Shown one piece after another: positions 10,498-20,095 of a DNA stretch of 64,000 bases. Made by a program: the position numbers and the translations under genes. Numbering within the stretch: the stretch's first letter is position 1; each line of letters opens with the position of its first letter. The notes beneath the pieces are model-generated. The model was given only the letters and a program-made list of their open reading frames with translations. It was not told the DNA's origin and searched no databases. Location of the stretch: the IMG/VR virus record IMGVR_UViG_3300009177_000028, positions 124,001 to 188,000 of that record; one strand, 5' to 3'.

Positions 10498-11292
10498 ATG
10501 GGTATAGATATCTTCAGTATATTTAGTGGTACATCGAGTGGGCATACGTTTATCCCCTCTAGAGATCCGGGATCTATTCCTGGCTCCGCTTTTATTCAGG
10601 CCAACATGAATTTGGTGGGTGCTGAAAGAGAGCGACACATCCTAGATGAGTTCATCCACGGCAATGTACCAGAATTTCTACGAAACTTCTCTCAGGTTAC
10701 TGTAGGTAACGGCGCAACATCCATTACCTATTTGGTAATGTCTGACTACCTAGCTATTGGTAGCGATGAGGATTACTGTCGCATGCCAATGAATCCGCAT
10801 ACCGCTCAAGCTATTGCCGATCAATACGACTGCACCCTTCCAACTAGGAAGATGGTTAATGATATTTGGGCGCAATCTGTAAACAAATTAAATCCACTTC
10901 CTTGGGGCCCACCATACGATTCAGATATGGAAAAGACACACCGTTATGGTACACACAATGGAAGAATCCAGGCCCAATTATCGGGACATAATCCATATGC
11001 ATTAACCTCTGGCCATAAAAAAGATGTTGTACTAACTAACAGATTGTTTCCTAACAATCCTAATAGAAGAGTAGCAATTTATGGTTGGATGCAATTAAAT
11101 GGTCAGCCAATTCAAGGACTAAACCCCTCAAGTCATGAGGATACATATGCAGATTATAGTCATGGTATTAGATTAATTTCTAATGACATAATTGTTAATG
11201 GCTCTCCAATGAGAATACAAGAGGTATTTAAGGATCCTAGCTTATCTCCTTTGATAAGTGATGAGGGTCCACTAAGGTTCCTGAGGTACTAA
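10498..11292 (+). CDS. Conserved hypothetical protein (GHKKD...IYGW...PIQ...H...YADYSHG)
   Basis: Long ORF with enzyme-like conserved motifs; paralog immediately downstream. Confidence 0.75.
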   Translation: MGIDIFSIFSGTSSGHTFIPSRDPGSIPGSAFIQANMNLVGAERERHILDEFIHGNVPEFLRNFSQVTVGNGATSITYLVMSDYLAIGSDEDYCRMPMNPHTAQAIADQYDCTLPTRKMVNDIWAQSVNKLNPLPWGPPYDSDMEKTHRYGTHNGRIQAQLSGHNPYALTSGHKKDVVLTNRLFPNNPNRRVAIYGWMQLNGQPIQGLNPSSHEDTYADYSHGIRLISNDIIVNGSPMRIQEVFKDPSLSPLISDEGPLRFLRY

Positions 11293-12566
11293 TGGGATTC
11301 AAAGAAGATTATGCCAGATTCGGTAAGCCAAGTCCAGAGCGAGAAGCCTTCGTTCTCAAGACCCTTACCAGTTTGCCTAAAGAGCAAATTCTAAGAAGCA
11401 TGAGGCCCGTTACGGTTCCAGGACCAAACGGGACCAAAGTAACTTATAAAGTTATGCCAGACTACATTACGGTGGATGGTATGAGAGTTCCCATGTCAGG
11501 AGTTACAGCTCAGAAAGTGGCAGACCATTTTGGCCTTAATCTTCCCACCCCAAAAATGGTGGATGAAATTTATCAGAATGCCGATGTCAAAGTTGATGCT
11601 CAACCATTAAGTGGCTCGGGAACCAACGTTGACGGCAGACAATATTCGGGGAACGATGTAGTTCGTGCTGGCGTTGGATATGCTCCATTTGCCGTTAACT
11701 ATAACGAAAAAGTTAACAAGCAGTTGGCAGATAAAGGATACAACGGTAGTGGAATCGTTGCTGGATTTGCCAAAGACATTGTTCCGCCAATAGGTGGGAC
11801 ACTAGGTTTGTATGGACTCTATGATTCTAAAGGCAAACCAATTCAAGGTGGCAACGGCCAAACTCCACATGACACTACGCTTCATACTGAATATGGAACT
11901 TATGTTCGTTTAGTTTCGCCTGATGTTACTATCACCTATCCAGATGGTCATACCGAAGATAAACCACTAGGCTCAGTATACCAATACGCCCGCTACACTC
12001 CGTCCCCAAGAGAAGATAAGGAAACTGGAACGCCAAAGGGAATCCAGGAAATAGATAAGATGCTAAATCAACTTTCCACTCAGATAGCTCATCAAGAAAC
12101 AATCGATAGACTTATTCGAAAGTACGGAGCATCATTTCAGATCATGGAGAATATTGGTAAAGATCCTGCTATTAAAGATCTTAGCTCTTCAAGCATTCCC
12201 GGTCATCCACCAGAAGGATTTGTTCCTTTAAAGGCGGGCGAATCTAATGCAGCTATTGGTGCAGCCGCCCGCAACATCCTAAATAGTTCACAATTAGGGG
12301 ATCAGATTACTTTTAAGATTGGGGACCAGTTGTATGTGGGCCGTTCAGAGCCACATTTTCATCCAGCTCCACCTGCTGGTGCTGACCCAGCTAAATACCC
12401 AAAGCCATGGGGTTGGCATAGGGGAGTTACAGTCTTCAAATCTAAGGGCGATGCCGTTAAACCATCAACAGTAGACGCTCCTGAAAGTGGTAACACTAAA
12501 GGACGCGCCCCTCTTATGGAGAGGATTGATGGCTTTCTATCGCAACTAGAAAAGCAGATTGATTAA
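11292..12566 (+). CDS. Divergent paralog of 10498..11292 plus an extra C-terminal domain
   Basis: Shared PM...TAQ..AD.....LPT.KMV..I, AKD/KKD and PIQG blocks; extra EPHFHP...PKPWGWHRGVTVF domain. Confidence 0.75.
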   Translation: MGFKEDYARFGKPSPEREAFVLKTLTSLPKEQILRSMRPVTVPGPNGTKVTYKVMPDYITVDGMRVPMSGVTAQKVADHFGLNLPTPKMVDEIYQNADVKVDAQPLSGSGTNVDGRQYSGNDVVRAGVGYAPFAVNYNEKVNKQLADKGYNGSGIVAGFAKDIVPPIGGTLGLYGLYDSKGKPIQGGNGQTPHDTTLHTEYGTYVRLVSPDVTITYPDGHTEDKPLGSVYQYARYTPSPREDKETGTPKGIQEIDKMLNQLSTQIAHQETIDRLIRKYGASFQIMENIGKDPAIKDLSSSSIPGHPPEGFVPLKAGESNAAIGAAARNILNSSQLGDQITFKIGDQLYVGRSEPHFHPAPPAGADPAKYPKPWGWHRGVTVFKSKGDAVKPSTVDAPESGNTKGRAPLMERIDGFLSQLEKQID

Positions 12567-12781
12567 CCTTTATTGCGGTAGGTAATTCTACCTTGGGTAG
12601 TATCATACTCTGATACTTCAACTCGAACTTTGTCTCCCACCAAAATCTTGACGGAGTTCATTCGAATTTTCCCACTCAGCGTGCAAAGGACGGTTAGGTT
12701 CTCATTGACCTTAACCTTGAACTTTCCCTTGTTCGCATCAATCACTTCGCCTTCAAATTCCAGTCTATCACGATTAGCCAT
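12563..12781 (-). CDS. infA: Translation initiation factor IF-1
   Basis: 72 aa; EFEGEV...F.VK....VLCTLSGKIRMNSVKILVGDKVRVEVSEYDTTQGRITYR. Confidence 0.95.
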   Translation of the reverse strand: MANRDRLEFEGEVIDANKGKFKVKVNENLTVLCTLSGKIRMNSVKILVGDKVRVEVSEYDTTQGRITYRNKG

Positions 12782-12796
12782 GTATATTATGTGTCC

Positions 12797-12988
12797 TTAT
12801 TTTAAATTAACTTGAATAGAATCTTTTTCTGCCTTGCCAGCCCTATAGCTAACCTCAGAAATAACCACTGCTAAAGCAGCCATGATCAACATGGTTGGAT
12901 GCAAATGCAATGGGTTAGTAATGAGGCGGACGCCCCAGTAGAAAAACATTGTCCCAATACTTAAACCTTGAATTGTACGAAAAGTCAT
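12797..12988 (-). CDS. Small membrane protein
   Basis: Two hydrophobic segments; operon context. Confidence 0.5.
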   Translation of the reverse strand: MTFRTIQGLSIGTMFFYWGVRLITNPLHLHPTMLIMAALAVVISEVSYRAGKAEKDSIQVNLK

Positions 12989-12997
12989 ATTATTATA

Positions 12998-13630
12998 CTA
13001 AAGAATTAGAAGGGTCGAATCAATCTTACTTCTAAAGTCTTGGTGTGGAGGCAAGAAAGATAGCCACGCCTCTGCCGAATTGCAAGGGATAGGCACATTT
13101 TCTTTAATTGGTAATTTTTGGAAATACTTGATATCCTTGTTCTTTCCGATGAGTTTGAGATTTTTGAGCCCAAGGAGGAGCGGAGAGACTTGCTGCCATT
13201 CGCCGCACGTGTACAGATATGTCCTAAGATAATTATCTATACCCAAAAAAGCGACCATCATACAATCTTTTTGAAAGTCCTCATCTTTACCCCAACAAAA
13301 GTATCCTAGCTTACTTATCTTTGCAACTTTCTCTATTGAAAAGCCATAGTATAAATCTGTACAAATAATGCTGTCTTTATCTAAAGCTAGATCATTGTAG
13401 ATGATTTTGATTCTTTTATTGGTCGTTATTTTAAACGAATTTCCGAATTCATCAAACCACCATCTATGTAAAATAAGTTTTGGGCTTCTATCTTCAAACA
13501 CATAAGAATATGGTTTGAGACGACACGACTTAATAATAAAGAATAGCTCATTAATCTCAGTATATGACTGAGCTAATAGCATATGCTTATTTAATTGGTA
13601 GTATAATGTATCGAGACTTGGGCTCTTCAT
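12998..13630 (-). CDS. Hypothetical protein
   Basis: 210 aa; overlaps the upstream stop by 4 nt. Confidence 0.65.
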   Translation of the reverse strand: MKSPSLDTLYYQLNKHMLLAQSYTEINELFFIIKSCRLKPYSYVFEDRSPKLILHRWWFDEFGNSFKITTNKRIKIIYNDLALDKDSIICTDLYYGFSIEKVAKISKLGYFCWGKDEDFQKDCMMVAFLGIDNYLRTYLYTCGEWQQVSPLLLGLKNLKLIGKNKDIKYFQKLPIKENVPIPCNSAEAWLSFLPPHQDFRSKIDSTLLIL

Positions 13631-14292
13631 GGATCCAGTAGTGACATATCCGGACCATCATCATCGGTTGAAGGTGTGCTAATTGCATGGACTTCAGTTT
13701 TGATGAATGGCAGATAGTCAACTTTCTTTTCTTCAATCAAATTACGATAAAGCAAATAGGTATTTCTACTATCTACCTTAGCGTTGTGGGCCTCAGAAAT
13801 CTTCTTAATGCCAACCATATCACAGCAAGCATGAAGTTGCGTGCTTACTCGACCAGTTGCCGTCTTGACAATGTTCAATGTAGAGTTATCAGTCTTCTTT
13901 AGGAAGTCCTTTGTTAGGGAAATCGTGTCTAGCCACAAATTAGCTGGAAACTGTTTTCCGCATTGCTCCCAGAGGGCATGCAAGAATTTTCTATCGAAGG
14001 CCGCGTTATGGGCCACAATACATCTATGGCCTTGCGTAGCTCCGTCTTCAGCAAAGAACTTCTCGCATTCGTCAACAACTGATTCTTTAATGTGTCCTCT
14101 TTCCAAATCAGACATAGATTTTTTAGTAATAGCTAAGGCATCAAAGTTAGCTCGCTCAGGGAACTCACATTTGATTTGGCGCCAAAGCTGAACACGATCA
14201 GTACAACGAATGATACCGATTTCAGTCATCTCATGATAGTTGGACTTCAACCCGGTTGTTTCGGTATCAATTACGTAATATATTAGACTCAT
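13627..14292 (-). CDS. DEDDh 3'-5' exonuclease (DnaQ-like)
   Basis: ExoI VIDTETTGL; ExoII VAHNAAFDRKFL; ExoIII AHNAKVDS. Confidence 0.92.
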   Translation of the reverse strand: MSLIYYVIDTETTGLKSNYHEMTEIGIIRCTDRVQLWRQIKCEFPERANFDALAITKKSMSDLERGHIKESVVDECEKFFAEDGATQGHRCIVAHNAAFDRKFLHALWEQCGKQFPANLWLDTISLTKDFLKKTDNSTLNIVKTATGRVSTQLHACCDMVGIKKISEAHNAKVDSRNTYLLYRNLIEEKKVDYLPFIKTEVHAISTPSTDDDGPDMSLLDP

Positions 14293-14295
14293 CTC

Positions 14296-14790
14296 TTACC
14301 TCTTTAGAATAAGATTTGGGTGCGAAATATAGATCGGCACCAAACCCCTTTTAATGTAATCTTCCTTCAATTGTGAATCTAAATATTGAAACCCACTAAT
14401 GATTTTTCGGCATTTGAAAGCCGGGCATTTACACTCCATCTTCCACGTATCATATGTATCAGTAGATGTGGTAGAATAATCAAAAGTTAATTCTGTATTT
14501 TTAGGAATCACATACAATGAATATAAAATAACCCTGTTACCTACCGCACGAACCGTACAGTTGGGTTGACAGGCATGATTGATAAAATCTGCGCCAACAA
14601 CCGTTCCAGTTGGCATTAGAAATGTATTGGGACCAATTTGTAGGTAGATGGAACTATCTTCAGGTAGTTGTTCAGCCGTACAGATGTTCCCTCTAAATTC
14701 AGTGATCGGAACATTGGCTGGAATTTCCATCTTGGTAAAGATGCCCTTTCCAATATGGGCTGGCCTAACCTCTAAGTACTGAGTATACAT
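14296..14790 (-). CDS. SET-domain lysine methyltransferase with post-SET cysteines
   Basis: GKGIF; FINHACQPNC (NHxCxPN); ELTFDY; post-SET CKCPAFKCRK. Confidence 0.9.
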   Translation of the reverse strand: MYTQYLEVRPAHIGKGIFTKMEIPANVPITEFRGNICTAEQLPEDSSIYLQIGPNTFLMPTGTVVGADFINHACQPNCTVRAVGNRVILYSLYVIPKNTELTFDYSTTSTDTYDTWKMECKCPAFKCRKIISGFQYLDSQLKEDYIKRGLVPIYISHPNLILKR

Positions 14791-15080
14791 TATCCACCTA
14801 GTAGTTTCTTCATAAACTTAATCATACAACCGCTGGCGTCATAAACTCTTAATACTAATTCTTTTCGACCTATCAGTTTATGCTGAACAGAATTAGGGGA
14901 TTTTCCCTTAATTAAATCAGCGGCCTGCTGTGGATCTTCAGCCAAAACACGATAGGTTAATGTGGCTGGAAGCATACACTCTACCTTAACGTCGTAATAA
15001 AACTTAGGTTTTGGCTGAGGTTGTGCTTTAGCTACTTTTTTAATTGGTTCTTCTGGATTAGTATCTGGTTTATCACTCAT
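14790..15080 (-). CDS. Hypothetical protein
   Basis: Operon context. Confidence 0.6.
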   Translation of the reverse strand: MSDKPDTNPEEPIKKVAKAQPQPKPKFYYDVKVECMLPATLTYRVLAEDPQQAADLIKGKSPNSVQHKLIGRKELVLRVYDASGCMIKFMKKLLGG

Positions 15081-15088
15081 GATAATAT

Positions 15089-15970
15089 TTATATACCCGC
15101 TTCTTCTTCATATCTCAAATAATGAGTATAATGATCGGGGCAACCAGTTAATTCAAAGAATCGTTTCATAAAGAGATTCTTAGCTTCCTGTGGCGGTAAG
15201 GGTACGATTTTGAAGGGCAATGGCTCAGTTGGCTGTCTCCAATCCTTGTGTAGAGGGCCCATCAAATCCCTTGCTTCTGTAGAAAGAAGAACCTTATCGG
15301 CTTTCTTTACAGAAACTGGTTCCTTCTCTGGAAGACCAAAACGCTTACAAACGGCCGCTTGCATGTTGGCCTCAAACTCAAGATAAGCATCGAACTTACC
15401 AGACCGTTTGAGAGGGCGGGGCACGTCAACTAAATAGGCTTCAGAGGCATCATGCATTAATCCCCATAAAGCATCTGCGCTATCACAAATGTAACTTACT
15501 AGTACGGAGTGCTGGGCAACAGAATAGAACTTCCTTACATGCCCACTGAACCTGCATTGCATTGATAATGCATGAGCAATGTCTTGGATAACGATGGCAT
15601 CTACATATGGTTTGGTAGGATTAAAGCGTCGGCCCGAATAGGTTTGAATCCAAGCTTCTTCCGGGTGGAATTGGTGACTGCCTGCCATCCAAACAATAGG
15701 GTGGGTAGGTTTTTCTTCTGCTTTCTCCCAACCTGTATTAGTCTTTAGTTGAGGGTTAGCTTCGTAGAATTTGTTAATTGCTTCCTGTTCCTCAGTAGTC
15801 ATTAATGGGGCGCTAAGATCTTTAGGTCCAGTATTAATGGTTGTAACTACCGATTCCACAGCCTCTCCGGTAAAAGAGGGGAAATCCTCTCCACCAAAAC
15901 TATCTGGTCCTGAATCCATTTTCTCCGTCTCTTTCGCCACATTAAGTGGATTACTAAATAAATCTATCAT
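15089..15970 (-). CDS. HD-domain phosphohydrolase (YfbR-like deoxynucleotidase family)
   Basis: DIAHALSMQCRFSGH; YSVAQHSV; LMHDASEAY; VKKAD. Confidence 0.85.
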   Translation of the reverse strand: MIDLFSNPLNVAKETEKMDSGPDSFGGEDFPSFTGEAVESVVTTINTGPKDLSAPLMTTEEQEAINKFYEANPQLKTNTGWEKAEEKPTHPIVWMAGSHQFHPEEAWIQTYSGRRFNPTKPYVDAIVIQDIAHALSMQCRFSGHVRKFYSVAQHSVLVSYICDSADALWGLMHDASEAYLVDVPRPLKRSGKFDAYLEFEANMQAAVCKRFGLPEKEPVSVKKADKVLLSTEARDLMGPLHKDWRQPTEPLPFKIVPLPPQEAKNLFMKRFFELTGCPDHYTHYLRYEEEAGI

Positions 15971-15972
15971 GT

Positions 15973-16473
15973 TTACTTTCCAGTAGAACCAAATCCACCA
16001 GCGCCTCTTTGAGCTTTTCTGTTCCTACAGAGTTCATCAAAGTCTTTGTTGGAAACATGCTCAACAATCATTTCTTGTCTACGGACTGGGATAATCTGTC
16101 CAATAGCATCTCCGAAATTGATTACTAAATCATTACCAAAAGCAGTAATGTCTGGTAGGTACTGGCACGCGAATATCAGTTCGCCTTCGTAGTCCTCATC
16201 TATAACGCCGTAAAGACAGTTTAGATGCTTTTTTCCGAAAGTTGATGAACGGGGGCGTAATTCTAACCACCAACCTTCCGGAGCGAAAATTCTGATTCCT
16301 AAAGGAATTTTGACGTGGCTCCCCGGCCTAATACTCATTGGCTCCCGATTAGGAAAAGCTGCTTTTACGTCCCAACCGGTGGAACGATCGGTTCCTCGTG
16401 TAGGTAAAAAAGACTCTGCTAGGGTCCGTAGGTGGGCAACTGGTGCAAACTTAAAAGTAGGTAATTCAGACAT
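15973..16473 (-). CDS. dut: Trimeric dUTPase
   Basis: Motifs GWDV, PRSS, GVIDEDYEG, IGQII, RGAGGFGSTG. Confidence 0.95.
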   Translation of the reverse strand: MSELPTFKFAPVAHLRTLAESFLPTRGTDRSTGWDVKAAFPNREPMSIRPGSHVKIPLGIRIFAPEGWWLELRPRSSTFGKKHLNCLYGVIDEDYEGELIFACQYLPDITAFGNDLVINFGDAIGQIIPVRRQEMIVEHVSNKDFDELCRNRKAQRGAGGFGSTGK

Positions 16474-16545
16474 TTTTCCTCGAATATAATGGGCTAAAGT
16501 AATTGTTTGTCTTTATCTGTCAAGGGTATAAAATCTCATATAATT

Positions 16546-17103
16546 ATGTTCTTCCCGCCAGCAATTATTTTCATTAACTCTGATCCGCTAGACATTACAC
16601 CTGATGGCTATTTCGTTGACGGCTATTCTGTTAATCCTGATGGGTATATTAATGATCTAACTAGAAATACCTTAGAAACTCAGTTATTCATTACTGAGAC
16701 AATCACATTAAAAGAGTTTAATGGAAGAGTTTCTGTTGATCCTAATTATCCTTTTGCGGTTCATGCTCAGGGCTTGAGGGTAATGGTAATTTTGCCAGAT
16801 TTTCGCGATTACACCAACCGACAGTTGGCGGACCTAGTGCTCTTCTATAGCCACGGTATGGTGACTGTTGAAAAAAATAGATATGGACCACCCGGTCTTA
16901 CGCTCCCAATTATAAGACTTAATATTTTCGATCTGTTGCGAGATGTTGGATCTAAATATGTTGTTATCCTACCCATTACTGCTACCAAACCACCACGTAG
17001 TTTAGGGGGTATTGTAGTTGATGAATTAGCAGATAGTAGTGGAGTCCATGACCCAAATCCGGATAATGAATATAATAACCCAGATTTTATTAATCGAAAG
17101 TAA
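16546..17103 (+). CDS. Hypothetical protein with three DGY motifs
   Basis: ATG at 16546 chosen over the tracked 16507; contains TPDGYFVDGYSVNPDGY. Confidence 0.65.
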   Translation: MFFPPAIIFINSDPLDITPDGYFVDGYSVNPDGYINDLTRNTLETQLFITETITLKEFNGRVSVDPNYPFAVHAQGLRVMVILPDFRDYTNRQLADLVLFYSHGMVTVEKNRYGPPGLTLPIIRLNIFDLLRDVGSKYVVILPITATKPPRSLGGIVVDELADSSGVHDPNPDNEYNNPDFINRK

Positions 17104-17150
17104 AAACCGGGCATAATGGTGTATAATTTGTAGTCTTTTTAATAGGTGCC

Positions 17151-17708
17151 ATGATGAGTAAATACGATAAGTTAATTAAGAAGGTCGAAGTTTTCGAAAA
17201 ACTAGCAGTTTACGGCGATCGTTCTAACTTTTTAAAGGCTCTTGCCCAAGAAGTTACCCCTACTGTAGGTGGAACGCCAGAAGCCGATGCATATTTAGCA
17301 CAATTTCCTCAGAATTCATCTGCACCACCTGCACCAGCTAAACCACAATTGCCATCAATCCCACTAGATGTCCAAGAAATGTTAAGCAAAATTGTCACCG
17401 TTGAAGGTGTCGGATTACCTTTGCAAAATGACGGACAAATTGGTTCAAAAACTAAGCAAGCATTAGATGCTTTTAGAAAAAAGTTTAATGTTCCGGGAAA
17501 CTTTAGCGATCAAGATACCTTTGGTGTAATTAAAAACACCTATAACAGAGATCCAGATAGATACGGTAAACTTTCTACCCCAGGTAAAGCGCAACCAAAA
17601 GCAGCACCAGCTCCAGCTCAACCTCAAGTGCGCGATTTAGATGATGCCTACAAGGCTCAACAAGAGTATTATAAAAAGCAGAGTATTCCACCAGGTGTTA
17701 AAGGATAA
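17151..17708 (+). CDS. Peptidoglycan-binding-domain protein
   Basis: PLQNDGQIGSKTKQALDAFRKKFN matches the PGBD DG..G..T..AL..F pattern; Pro/Ala-rich linkers. Confidence 0.6.
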   Translation: MMSKYDKLIKKVEVFEKLAVYGDRSNFLKALAQEVTPTVGGTPEADAYLAQFPQNSSAPPAPAKPQLPSIPLDVQEMLSKIVTVEGVGLPLQNDGQIGSKTKQALDAFRKKFNVPGNFSDQDTFGVIKNTYNRDPDRYGKLSTPGKAQPKAAPAPAQPQVRDLDDAYKAQQEYYKKQSIPPGVKG

Positions 17709-17787
17709 CTAAGATAGGATCCCTATCTGAGTTTGAAAGTTCGGATAGAACGCAGGAACTCGACCGATTCTTAACTTAAAATTTCTT

Positions 17788-17823
17788 GGCGGTGAATTTC
17801 ATGGATTCACCGCCTTTATTTTT
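17788..17823 (+). terminator. Intrinsic terminator
   Basis: 10-bp stem ggcggtgaat/attcaccgcc followed by tttatttt. Confidence 0.85.
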
Positions 17824-17853
17824 GGCCTTAGCGAACTCCTTCTCGACAAAAGA

Positions 17854-18570
17854 ATGGGGGATCATATAGGGGGATCAGTTATATTGATGATCATGCGCCC
17901 CCAAACATTTGATCAGCTATTCCGATTCAGATCCCATTGTCTATGTGGATCTGAACTATCTACATTCTTTCCATATGGATCAAAGCTAAGAGACGATTAT
18001 ACATTCGTTAATTCTGTCGGTAGTCATCACATTGATGAGACTAGTAGTAAAGTAGTCTTCCTGTGCAACCTAACCGCCAATACCTCTCCCTATGGGCGAG
18101 TAGATTTCATGATGGAATGTTATGTTTCATCTCCTACTTTTAAATTGACGGCGACTAAAGAGTCCAAGAATATAATGTCCGCAGAAGATTTCGTGAAGAT
18201 TCATTTCACGGAGGATATTCAACAGGCGCAATGTATTACTTTAAAACGTATATGCTCTAAGGGAAACCTATGTGATTATCATTATGGTCTTTCCACCCAG
18301 CCCATTCTTTTTGATTTCAAGAGGAAAGAAATTAAACCAATTGATCTGGCTGAAGAATCATTTAGGATCAAGAATGATAAAGGTCTTGGATTCTACTTTA
18401 GAACCAATTTCACTGACGGGACAACTACCATTACCTACACTTCCCCGCATTCAGCCTTCGTAATTGGGACGCAGGAATCTATACAAATGAAATCCGAAAA
18501 ATTCCTCAAGTACCCGCTGAACCGAGAATTTTTATTAAATAAGGTTAAAACATTGCTCCTGTTTTCTTGA
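17854..18570 (+). CDS. Zn-ribbon/FS-tag family member 1
   Basis: HCLCG near the N-terminus; ends LNKVKTLLLFS; true start may be ~17887. Confidence 0.75.
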   Translation: MGDHIGGSVILMIMRPQTFDQLFRFRSHCLCGSELSTFFPYGSKLRDDYTFVNSVGSHHIDETSSKVVFLCNLTANTSPYGRVDFMMECYVSSPTFKLTATKESKNIMSAEDFVKIHFTEDIQQAQCITLKRICSKGNLCDYHYGLSTQPILFDFKRKEIKPIDLAEESFRIKNDKGLGFYFRTNFTDGTTTITYTSPHSAFVIGTQESIQMKSEKFLKYPLNREFLLNKVKTLLLFS

Positions 18571-18611
18571 CCGCCCGTGGTTATACTATTTGGGCAGAGG
18601 TAAAAGTAACC

Positions 18612-19451
18612 ATGAAACGTCTCGGACCTATTTTATTCATTTCTGCGGTAGTATGTGTATCGTGTACACACGAAGATAATAAGAAGCTTTCTCCCACGGA
18701 AGATGTGCTCCGGCCATCCCTACCGCCAACAAGCTCGGTTGGACTTCCCCAAACCGCCCCTACAGTAGACGCCGCCCCAGCAGGTAAATGCCCGGCAGAT
18801 ATGGTGGAAGTGGAGGGTGATTTCTGTCCTAACGTAGATCAAACCTGTATTAAGGTTGATAAGAGTATTCACAACGTTAACGGCTATGCTAAGTGTGATG
18901 AATTTGCCCCCACCAAATGCTTATCGAAGCAACGAGTCCATATGCATTTTTGTATGGATCGTTATGAATGGCCAAATAAAAAAGAGGCCCGCCCATTGGT
19001 TATGCTAACCTGGAATGATATGAAACGTGAATGTGGGCAGATTGGTAAGAGAATCTGTGTAGATCATGAGTGGTCTCTGGCGTGTGAAGGGCCTGAAATT
19101 CTTCCCTATCCGTATGGGTTGGTGCGAGACGCCACCGCCTGTAATATCGACCATCCGCAAAAGCCTGATGCCAATATCAATAACATGAGCAAAGAGAATG
19201 TGGAATATCTATGGCAGGGCGTTTCTTCTGGTTCCATGGAAAGATGCGTTTCACCTTATGGCGTCCATGATATGACCGGGAACGTAGACGAAAGCGTAGT
19301 CAATTCTGAGGGCAATCCATATCACAGCGCTGAGATGGGCGGTCATTGGGTAAAAGGTGCCCGCAATAGGTGCCGCCCCAAAACAACCATTCATAATGAA
19401 GACTTTGCCTTTTATGAAATCGGCGGCCGTTGCTGCAAAGATATCAAATGA
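18612..19451 (+). CDS. FGE-sulfatase (SUMF1/C-type-lectin-fold) lipoprotein
   Basis: Signal MKRLGPILFISAVVCVSC; CMDRYEWP; EWSLAC; YPYG; SPYGVHDMTGNVDE; GGRCC. Confidence 0.85.
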   Translation: MKRLGPILFISAVVCVSCTHEDNKKLSPTEDVLRPSLPPTSSVGLPQTAPTVDAAPAGKCPADMVEVEGDFCPNVDQTCIKVDKSIHNVNGYAKCDEFAPTKCLSKQRVHMHFCMDRYEWPNKKEARPLVMLTWNDMKRECGQIGKRICVDHEWSLACEGPEILPYPYGLVRDATACNIDHPQKPDANINNMSKENVEYLWQGVSSGSMERCVSPYGVHDMTGNVDESVVNSEGNPYHSAEMGGHWVKGARNRCRPKTTIHNEDFAFYEIGGRCCKDIK

Positions 19452-20095
19452 ACCTAACAGAGTTTGTGGAGTATAGGGAACAATGCCCTATTTGTGATTC
19501 CAAACTCCACTTCATTTTTCATTCTAAAAAGTGGCAAAGCATGCGATATGAAGATGATCGCTTACTTGTAATTTTTCGCATGGACTCCATTAAAAAGCAC
19601 CAGCAAGACTATAAGGTAGGCTACTCATTTGGAATGAAAGATAATTCTTGGTATGTAGAGTTCTTTTCTAAAGATCAAAAGAGGTTTGAAGAAGAATCTC
19701 CAGAGCACCTGCGTAATAGGTTTAAAGAATTAGATAAGAACTTAAAATACTACCGATTTTACAAGTACTGTACATCTTGTTGTCGTTATAATTACTCTTC
19801 TAATACCTTTATGTTAAATCAGAAAACTGGCCATATAGACAATTTATGCTTGGGTAACGAGTATTTTGGATTGTCACTTCCATTGGAGGATGGTAGGTAC
19901 CGCATCTGTAAATTAAATAATGACTACATATTAAATATGAGTTCAATCTCTTTCTCTAAGGAAAAGAGTAACGTGTGGGCTAGGGCAGACTCATCAACGA
20001 ATGAGATGAGTTTTATTCAGATTCCAAGTCTGATTAAGTTTACTACTCATGATGAAACCATTGCCCGAATTAATAAGCTAATGGTCTTCTCTTAA
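19448..20095 (+). CDS. Zn-ribbon/FS-tag family member 2
   Basis: CPIC; CTSCC; ends ARINKLMVFS; ATGA overlap with the FGE gene. Confidence 0.8.
   Translation: MNLTEFVEYREQCPICDSKLHFIFHSKKWQSMRYEDDRLLVIFRMDSIKKHQQDYKVGYSFGMKDNSWYVEFFSKDQKRFEEESPEHLRNRFKELDKNLKYYRFYKYCTSCCRYNYSSNTFMLNQKTGHIDNLCLGNEYFGLSLPLEDGRYRICKLNNDYILNMSSISFSKEKSNVWARADSSTNEMSFIQIPSLIKFTTHDETIARINKLMVFS

Noticed and set aside
18612-19451. DGR target (FGE/C-type-lectin fold)
   Set aside because: No reverse transcriptase and no second copy of the C-terminal region differing at adenines seen in this window; cannot be excluded elsewhere in the genome.
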